DNA of 64,000 nt from NCBI GenBank assembly GCA_963717145.1, contig OY970325.1:1120001-1184000 (forward strand), written 5' to 3'. Position numbers and translations under genes: made by a program. Under the pieces are notes generated by a model. The model was not told the DNA's origin and did no database searches. It saw only the letters and a program-made list of their open reading frames with translations. This document shows positions 58,075 to 64,000 of this stretch, piece by piece. The stretch comes from an uncultured Armatimonadetes bacterium (GTDB lineage: Bacteria > Armatimonadota > UBA5829 > DTJY01). Numbering within the stretch: position 1 is the first letter of the stretch; each line of letters starts with the position of its first letter.

Positions 58075-59064
58075 TTACAGATCCACGATCCGATGCTCGT
58101 TCCACGAGGTGATCGCCGCCTCGATGATCCGCTGGACCTTCAGGCCGTCGAGGCCGGATGCGTCGATCTTGTCGTACGGAGTTTTCGCCTCGATCTGATC
58201 GACCCACTTGTTGATCCTGAACTGGAAGGTCTCGCCGAACGAGCGCATCCCGCCGAGGTAAGAGAAGGTCTCGTACTGGATCGAGTTGCGATCGTAGAAT
58301 GAGAGATGCTCGCAGGCGTCGTCGATGATGAAGCGCCCCGCCGACCCGACCACTTCGCACTTCTCGAGGCCATAGGATCCGCCGGCATCGTAGCTTCCGG
58401 TGAGGCATCCCACCATCCCGTTCTCGAAGTGGAGGAGTACCTGCGCATTCGAGAAGCAGATCCGGTTGTCGCCCTTCTTGAGGAACGCCGCCACACTCGT
58501 TACGTCGCCGCAGAAGTAGCGGATCACGTCGAACGAATGCGGATGGAGCGCGCGGAGGTGGAACCAGGGCGAGGTCTCGACCGGGTTGTTGATCCACATG
58601 CGCATGTTGATCATATACGGAGTGCCGAGCCGGCCCGCATCCATCCATTCCTTCGCCCGCAGTGCAGCCGGCGTGAAGCGATGGTTCAGGTCGATCGCAT
58701 ATGCGACCTTCTTCCTCGCCGCCAGCGCCACCATCTGCTCGGCCTCTTCGATATTGTTGGAGATCGGTTTCTCACCGAGGACTGGAATCCCGGCCTCGAG
58801 GAGTTCCATCGTAGGAGTGAAGTGGTCGCCGCCGTTCTCTTCGCCCTTGGTCGCCATGCTGCAGCAATCCAGATGGATCCCGCTCGCGAGCATCTCCTTC
58901 ACGCTGTAGAACGCCTTGCCGCCGAACTTCTGCGCGCCGGCGTCGGCCTTCTCGCGAATGATGTCGCAGCAGGCGACGATCTCAACCTTGGGGTTGTTCT
59001 TGTAGCAGCCGGCGTGGGTGCTACCGATGTTTCCCACACCGACGATTCCGATCTTGAGAGCCAT
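58075..59064 (-). CDS. Gfo/Idh/MocA oxidoreductase
   Basis: GVGNIG, VLGEKP, LNHRFTP and HPHSFD. Confidence 0.9.
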   Translation of the reverse strand: MALKIGIVGVGNIGSTHAGCYKNNPKVEIVACCDIIREKADAGAQKFGGKAFYSVKEMLASGIHLDCCSMATKGEENGGDHFTPTMELLEAGIPVLGEKPISNNIEEAEQMVALAARKKVAYAIDLNHRFTPAALRAKEWMDAGRLGTPYMINMRMWINNPVETSPWFHLRALHPHSFDVIRYFCGDVTSVAAFLKKGDNRICFSNAQVLLHFENGMVGCLTGSYDAGGSYGLEKCEVVGSAGRFIIDDACEHLSFYDRNSIQYETFSYLGGMRSFGETFQFRINKWVDQIEAKTPYDKIDASGLDGLKVQRIIEAAITSWNEHRIVDL

Positions 59065-59209
59065 GGTTGCTCCTCCTGTCGTTGATTGCGGACATTTCCA
59101 TGTCAGGATACCACGCCTGCGCGCAGATTTCCTTTGGGCATCGAGAGGAAATGGGAAGAAGTTGGCGGTTGATGCTTCGGCAGCGCCGCCAGGTTCTGCT
59201 GCCGAAGCA

Positions 59210-60208
59210 TCAGGGCTCGGCGAGTAGCTTCTTGAGACGATCGATGTTCAGCGGGGCGGCACCGTCGTCCGGCACCTCCTTGAGGATCTCCTCCCACTGA
59301 GCCAGGGATTCCTCGATCTTCCCCAGCTTCTCGAGCGCATTGGCGTACTTCCGTCGGACGAGATGGTCGCCTCCGAGTTCGATCGACTTCCGCAGAGGTT
59401 CCAGTGCAAGGTCGTACCGCTTCGTGATCCAATAGTGTTCACCGAGCGCGCCGAAGGTTTCCGGGTCCTCGGGCATCGCCTCGATCCCCCGGTTGAGCGT
59501 CCGTATCGCGGCGGCGTCATCCCCCATGCTCCACTGGAGCCACGCGATCAGGGAGTAGCCCTCGACGTAAGTCGGATCGAAGAAGATGGCAGTTTCGTGG
59601 CATCGGATGGTCTGATTGTAATCGCCCCTATGCCACCAGCGGTCCCCCTCGGTGATGTACATGTCGCAGAGCGCCCCCCAGAGGTCCTCCGGCTTCGGGG
59701 ACGATGACGGGGGACTAGCTTTCATGGCGGCAAAGGGCGTCTTTAGAGCATCGCGAACAACACCTGTGATGAACTCATTCTGCCCCCGCTGATTTCGCTT
59801 CAAGACCGCTTTGGCCCGCGGTGAGTCCATGCACCACAGGGCATAGACGGCATAGTACCGCAGCCAGCCCGGGTTGGCGACGAGGACCGCCTCACAGACG
59901 TGGACACCCTTCTCGCTGCCGAGGAAGCCGAGCCCGAGCCCTGCACTCACTCGTACACCCCGCTCGGGATCTTTCAGCAACGTGAGGAGCGCTCCTGCTG
60001 AGTCGTGCTTTCCAATCATCCCGAGGAGGAAGGCCGATCGAGCGCGTTCAGAGGCATCCGCCGATCTCAGCAGCGGTTCGAGCGTTGGCCTGTAGCTCGA
60101 ATTGCCATACAGAGGGCGGTCCGGGGTCCATGATGCACGGGGCTGGGCCGCGTGACTCAGGCCCGAGATCGCGACCACAAGCACCAGAGTGACGAAAAGT
60201 CTGTTCAT
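59210..60208 (-). CDS. Exported HEAT-repeat + TPR protein
   Basis: Signal peptide, HEAT motif LLKDPERGVRVSAGLGLG and C-terminal TPRs. Confidence 0.8.
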   Translation of the reverse strand: MNRLFVTLVLVVAISGLSHAAQPRASWTPDRPLYGNSSYRPTLEPLLRSADASERARSAFLLGMIGKHDSAGALLTLLKDPERGVRVSAGLGLGFLGSEKGVHVCEAVLVANPGWLRYYAVYALWCMDSPRAKAVLKRNQRGQNEFITGVVRDALKTPFAAMKASPPSSSPKPEDLWGALCDMYITEGDRWWHRGDYNQTIRCHETAIFFDPTYVEGYSLIAWLQWSMGDDAAAIRTLNRGIEAMPEDPETFGALGEHYWITKRYDLALEPLRKSIELGGDHLVRRKYANALEKLGKIEESLAQWEEILKEVPDDGAAPLNIDRLKKLLAEP

Positions 60209-60268
60209 GACTGTTCGTTCGACACACAGTCGGAATGTCCCTGCGACGGGGGGCGTAGAAGCCCTCCC

Positions 60269-62383
60269 CTACGGCCACGCGGGATCGAGCGGGAGTGTAC
60301 TGTCCGCCTGCAGGCTCAGTTCGACGGCAACAGTCGTCCCTTCGGAGCCTGTGGCGAGATAGACCCTGTCCGCAGCAGCGATCATCATTTTGTAACCGAG
60401 GCCACCGGTTCCCGCCGTCGTGAACCCGAGGGTAAGCGCAACATCAGGGAGGTTCAGAGCGTCGATGCCCGATCCGCTGTCCTCGACTCGGATGATCAGG
60501 CTTCCGTCCGACCTGTGAAGGCTGACCGTACCCGCGTCCGCGTGCTTTATGGCATTGCTGGCTGCTTCCCCGACGCAGGTGAGAAGCCGATGGACACCGG
60601 ATGAGTCCATCCCGGCGGATTCGGCAATCTCTGCGGCTTCTGCGCGAATATGACGCAACTGGTTGGCGGCAGTCAGATTCCACTGAACGTCAGACCGGCC
60701 GGCGATTCGGTCGATCTCGTCGGACTCTGTGATGACGAGCTTGCCACCGGTCGCCGCGAGGATCGTGCGGCGGTAGAAGTCCAGCTTGTGCGCCTCAAGC
60801 TCTACCTGGCGCTCCATCTGCTCGACCCTATTGCGGTCCGTGACGTCTCGGGCGGCAGCGAACACGCCGATCACGTCGCCTGACCTGTCCCTGTACACGG
60901 TTGCGTTGTAGAGCACCTCGATGACTCTGCCGGAGGGATGACGAATGGCAAGATGGTAATCCCTCACAAAGCCATTTGAGAACGCCTGCTCGTAGCCCGC
61001 GCGCGCCTTGTCCGGCTCAGTGAAGTACGTGGAGAAATCGCTCCCGATGAGCTTGTCGCGCCGGATACCCGTTGCGTCCTCAGTGGCCCTGTTGACATCG
61101 GTGATCCTGCCGTCTTGACCGATGGTGACCAACGGGTCCAAGCTAACCTCGATAAGCTCTCGCACATATGCGGATATAGCGTGAGCTTCTTCGGCGTGCT
61201 TGCGAGCAGCGATGTCATGCGCCGTCACCAGTACCCGCCGCTCACCCCCAAAGGTCACGCCGACTGCGCACGCCTCGACGTACACCGTCTCGCCATCCAG
61301 CCGGATGAGTCTCTCCTCGATTCTCGGAGCACAGCTTGATTGATCTATCAGCCCTGCCATCCGCTGCTTGACCAACTCCCTGTCATCGGGATGCACGAGG
61401 TCCGTGACAGACTCACCGATGAACTCGTCAGGGCAGCTCCCGCCGAGCATTCTCGCGCCGGCGCTGTTTATCAACTCGATGCGGCCGGCCTTCTGCAGAA
61501 TCATGAGATCCGGAGTCAGTTCAAATAGCGTCCGGTAGCGGTCCTCGCTCTCATGCAGTGCCTTCTCCAGAGGTATCCGCCAGGACTCGCGAGAGAGGCT
61601 GAGGATCGCGAAGAGCATATAGAGCCCCCCGAGGTACTGGCCGGACCGTCCGAGCCAACTCATTGGGGAACCCGGGCTGCTTTCCAGGGCCAGCGCCAGC
61701 ACACCCAGGCCCACCAGAGCCAGTCCCAAGGGGTACCATCTGTAGAAGCAGACGGGAGACCTGCGATAGAGCAGTCGCAGGCACACGGCAGCCAGCAGGA
61801 ACTCAGCCACCGCGCTCCAGAGAACAACTTGCCGCAAAAACGTTCTGCCCTTCGCGACTACGAAGAAATCAGGGATCATCCTCTCGTACGCGCCCCACAC
61901 CACCACGCCGATGAGGATCAGCGCGCCCAGATAGGACAGGGCCAGGTCGCGCGCACGTCCGGTTGACGCCGTTTCTCGAGGTCTCTGCACGGTCGCCGAC
62001 ACGGCACTGAGCAGGAAGAAGAGACCGGCCAGAAGCACCCCGGAGTTGTGTACGGTGGTAGCCGTGGACAGATCGTGAATGAGCGGTCCGGCCAGCAGAT
62101 ACGTGACCCCGAAGATCAGCGCTCCAGTGCCGAGAAGGAGTACGGACCGCGACCCATCCAGAAGGTACGTCCGGCCCGCAAGGTAGACAATCAGCAGCGA
62201 CACGGCCCCGCAGAAGAGGGTGTTCAACTCAGTCAACAGCACCGGCGACTCGAAGATCGACTCGGAACTCGACCTGTACACCACCGCAGTGGCGACGAGA
62301 AACAGTGGAATGGAGAGCCAAGCAAGACGCTCCGGCCAGGTAGTCCGCCTCCCATCGCCGCTGTCCCCTATGCACGTATCCAT
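60269..62383 (-). CDS. Membrane sensor (MASE3-like) + two PAS domains + RsbW-type HATPase
   Basis: About 8 transmembrane segments. PAS motifs LVHPDD and FTEPDKARAGY. HATPase motifs EAASNAIKHA, DSGSGI and GGLGY. No HisKA H-box was seen. Confidence 0.8.
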   Translation of the reverse strand: MDTCIGDSGDGRRTTWPERLAWLSIPLFLVATAVVYRSSSESIFESPVLLTELNTLFCGAVSLLIVYLAGRTYLLDGSRSVLLLGTGALIFGVTYLLAGPLIHDLSTATTVHNSGVLLAGLFFLLSAVSATVQRPRETASTGRARDLALSYLGALILIGVVVWGAYERMIPDFFVVAKGRTFLRQVVLWSAVAEFLLAAVCLRLLYRRSPVCFYRWYPLGLALVGLGVLALALESSPGSPMSWLGRSGQYLGGLYMLFAILSLSRESWRIPLEKALHESEDRYRTLFELTPDLMILQKAGRIELINSAGARMLGGSCPDEFIGESVTDLVHPDDRELVKQRMAGLIDQSSCAPRIEERLIRLDGETVYVEACAVGVTFGGERRVLVTAHDIAARKHAEEAHAISAYVRELIEVSLDPLVTIGQDGRITDVNRATEDATGIRRDKLIGSDFSTYFTEPDKARAGYEQAFSNGFVRDYHLAIRHPSGRVIEVLYNATVYRDRSGDVIGVFAAARDVTDRNRVEQMERQVELEAHKLDFYRRTILAATGGKLVITESDEIDRIAGRSDVQWNLTAANQLRHIRAEAAEIAESAGMDSSGVHRLLTCVGEAASNAIKHADAGTVSLHRSDGSLIIRVEDSGSGIDALNLPDVALTLGFTTAGTGGLGYKMMIAAADRVYLATGSEGTTVAVELSLQADSTLPLDPAWP

Positions 62384-62475
62384 GGCACCCAGTACCTCCG
62401 CGAATGAGTACGCGAACGACTCTTATGGTAATACCCAGGAGAGGCGAAATCCAAGCCCGGTTGCAGCAACACCGA

Positions 62476-63615
62476 TCACTTCCCTGACGCAGAGTGACTC
62501 TTGAGCTGTCCGCAGGCCGCGGAGATCGAATGACCTCGCTCCATGCGCTGGGTGACGGTGACTCCCTCCTGCTCGAGAGTCTCCCTGAATGCGCGGACTG
62601 TCGCGGGCGAGGGGCGCTTCATCCCGAGGCCTTCGACTGCATTGTATGGGATGAGGTTGACGTTCGCCACCGCGCCCTTCAAGAGCCCGACAACTTCACG
62701 AGCGTGTTGCACCTGGTCGTTCAGATCCCGAATGAGCAGGTACTCGAACGTGACACGCCGGCCCGTGGATTCGGCGTACTTCCGGCAAGCCGCCATCAGC
62801 CCCTTGAGCGGATACTTCTGGGAGATCGGGATGAGCTTGCGTCGGAGTTCGTCGCTCGGCGCATGGAGTGAGACCGCCAGCGTGACTTGGAGGTTCTCGG
62901 TCGCCAGACGCTCGATCCGCGGAGTGATCCCGACCGTCGAGATGGTGATGTGCCGCATACCGATCCCGACCTCGTCGTTCAGCAGATGAACGCTCTTGAC
63001 CACGTTCTCGTAGTTGAGGAGCGGTTCGCCCATTCCCATGTAGACGACGTGGGTGATCCGGCGCGAGCCTCGCTCCTGGAGGGTCAGCACCTCGTCAACA
63101 ATCTCCCCAGCGGAGAGGTCCCGCTCAAAGCTACCACCCGACCGTTGGGGATGGAGTTGGACTCCATCCCCTTCACTGTGGCGGGGGATGTAGTCCAACT
63201 CCATCCCCGACGGTCCGGTGGTAGCCTCCAACGGTCGGGGGGAACCCGTCGCACAGAAGGCGCATCCGACTGCGCATCCGACCTGCGTCGAAACACAGAG
63301 CGACGTGCGATCCTCATACGGCAGGAAGACACTCTCGATCGTCAATTCATCCGCCATCTCGAGGAGGTACTTCGTCGTGCCGTCGGACGACTTCGATTCC
63401 TGCAGTATCTTCGCCCGATAGAGCACCGCTGATTCGCTCAGCTTGGCTCGAAACTCCTTCGGGAGGTCGGACATTTCCTCGATATCGCGTGCCGAGCGCC
63501 GGTATACCCATCGCGCGATCTGGCGTCCCCGAAAAGCGGGCGCGCCGAGGCTCTGCGCGAGCGATTCCAGCTCGGCTGTGTTCATTCCCAAGAGGTGTGA
63601 TCTCTGTGTAGTCAT
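62476..63615 (-). CDS. rlmN: Dual-specificity RNA methyltransferase RlmN (radical SAM) with an in-frame insertion
   Basis: CVSTQVGCAVGCAFCATG, MGMGEPL, SLHAP, FEYLLI, NLIPYN and AACGQL. Confidence 0.93.
   Translation of the reverse strand: MTTQRSHLLGMNTAELESLAQSLGAPAFRGRQIARWVYRRSARDIEEMSDLPKEFRAKLSESAVLYRAKILQESKSSDGTTKYLLEMADELTIESVFLPYEDRTSLCVSTQVGCAVGCAFCATGSPRPLEATTGPSGMELDYIPRHSEGDGVQLHPQRSGGSFERDLSAGEIVDEVLTLQERGSRRITHVVYMGMGEPLLNYENVVKSVHLLNDEVGIGMRHITISTVGITPRIERLATENLQVTLAVSLHAPSDELRRKLIPISQKYPLKGLMAACRKYAESTGRRVTFEYLLIRDLNDQVQHAREVVGLLKGAVANVNLIPYNAVEGLGMKRPSPATVRAFRETLEQEGVTVTQRMERGHSISAACGQLKSHSASGK
63130..63225. repeat. Doubled palindromic element inside rlmN
   Basis: 42-bp inverted arms with 3 mismatches, each containing the GGGGATGGAGTTGGACTCCATCCCC hairpin also found at 11702. 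Confidence 0.92.
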
Positions 63616-63745
63616 CCCGACGAGTCTAGCAACCTCCACGCGCTGTGTCAATGCGGGGAGGGGAACGGCGGAGTGACGGAGTAATGGAATGGTGGACGGA
63701 CGGTCAGATGATCCAATCCATCCCAGGAGTCTCAGGTTGTCGTAC

Positions 63746-64000
63746 ATGTTCGCATTCATCTCGCTCGTCCTGATGGCGCTCATTACCAGCATATCGCAGG
63801 CCGAGGAAGTACCCGCCAAGCTCAATCCGCCCGTGACCGACGGGATATGGATTCGCCCGTCAAAGGAGCTGCCCGCCCAGCCGGTGATCGGCTTCAAGGA
63901 CGGCATTCGAATCGCTCTCTGGCCCGCTTACGACGGTCCGCGCGGTGTGATCCGCATCCTCGCGCCCTATGTCTGCCCGGGGGACTACCCGAAGGTCAAC
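63746..64000 (+). CDS. Exported hypothetical protein (partial, runs off the window edge)
   Basis: Manual translation gives MFAFISLVLMALITSISQAEEVPAK...GPRGVIRILAPY, open to the end. Confidence 0.65.
   Translation, partial: MFAFISLVLMALITSISQAEEVPAKLNPPVTDGIWIRPSKELPAQPVIGFKDGIRIALWPAYDGPRGVIRILAPYVCPGDYPKVN

Noticed and set aside
63130-63245. Intein or self-splicing intron in rlmN or cysNC
   Set aside because: The inserts are far too short and lack intein termini or intron structure; they match dispersed palindromic repeats.

Overview
This is a 64-kb GC-rich bacterial chromosomal window. The gene content looks Armatimonadota-like, which is inference from recollection rather than something tested. 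The left end (1-7260) holds a partial type III restriction-type helicase/nuclease and a giant secreted PHP metallohydrolase. It ends at a tRNA 3'-end fragment plus terminator, probably the attR of an integrated island. Three very large secreted proteins follow, each with a different predicted peptidoglycan-active head (GHL10, Amidase_2, GerMN+Amidase_3). They share an FN3/golvesin-like stalk and the same terminator stem. Between them lie a standalone HD-STAND-TPR-SEC-C protein (NLR/Avs-like defence candidate), a small gene behind a 21-bp tandem array, and a GH42-like enzyme. The right half contains a GHMP kinase, two toxin-antitoxin pairs, cysD-cysNC, a long minus-strand sugar catabolism cluster (GH38, GH29, three Gfo/Idh/MocA, isomerase, sulfatase-like, sulfotransferase), an RRM protein, a PAS-HATPase sensor and rlmN. 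Many unrelated small palindromic and heptamer repeats are present, and several sit in frame inside protein genes (rlmN, cysNC, a hydrolase, the GH42-like gene). Frequent single-base frameshifts most likely reflect sequencing errors. No CRISPR array, rRNA, intact tRNA, transposase or integrase was seen.
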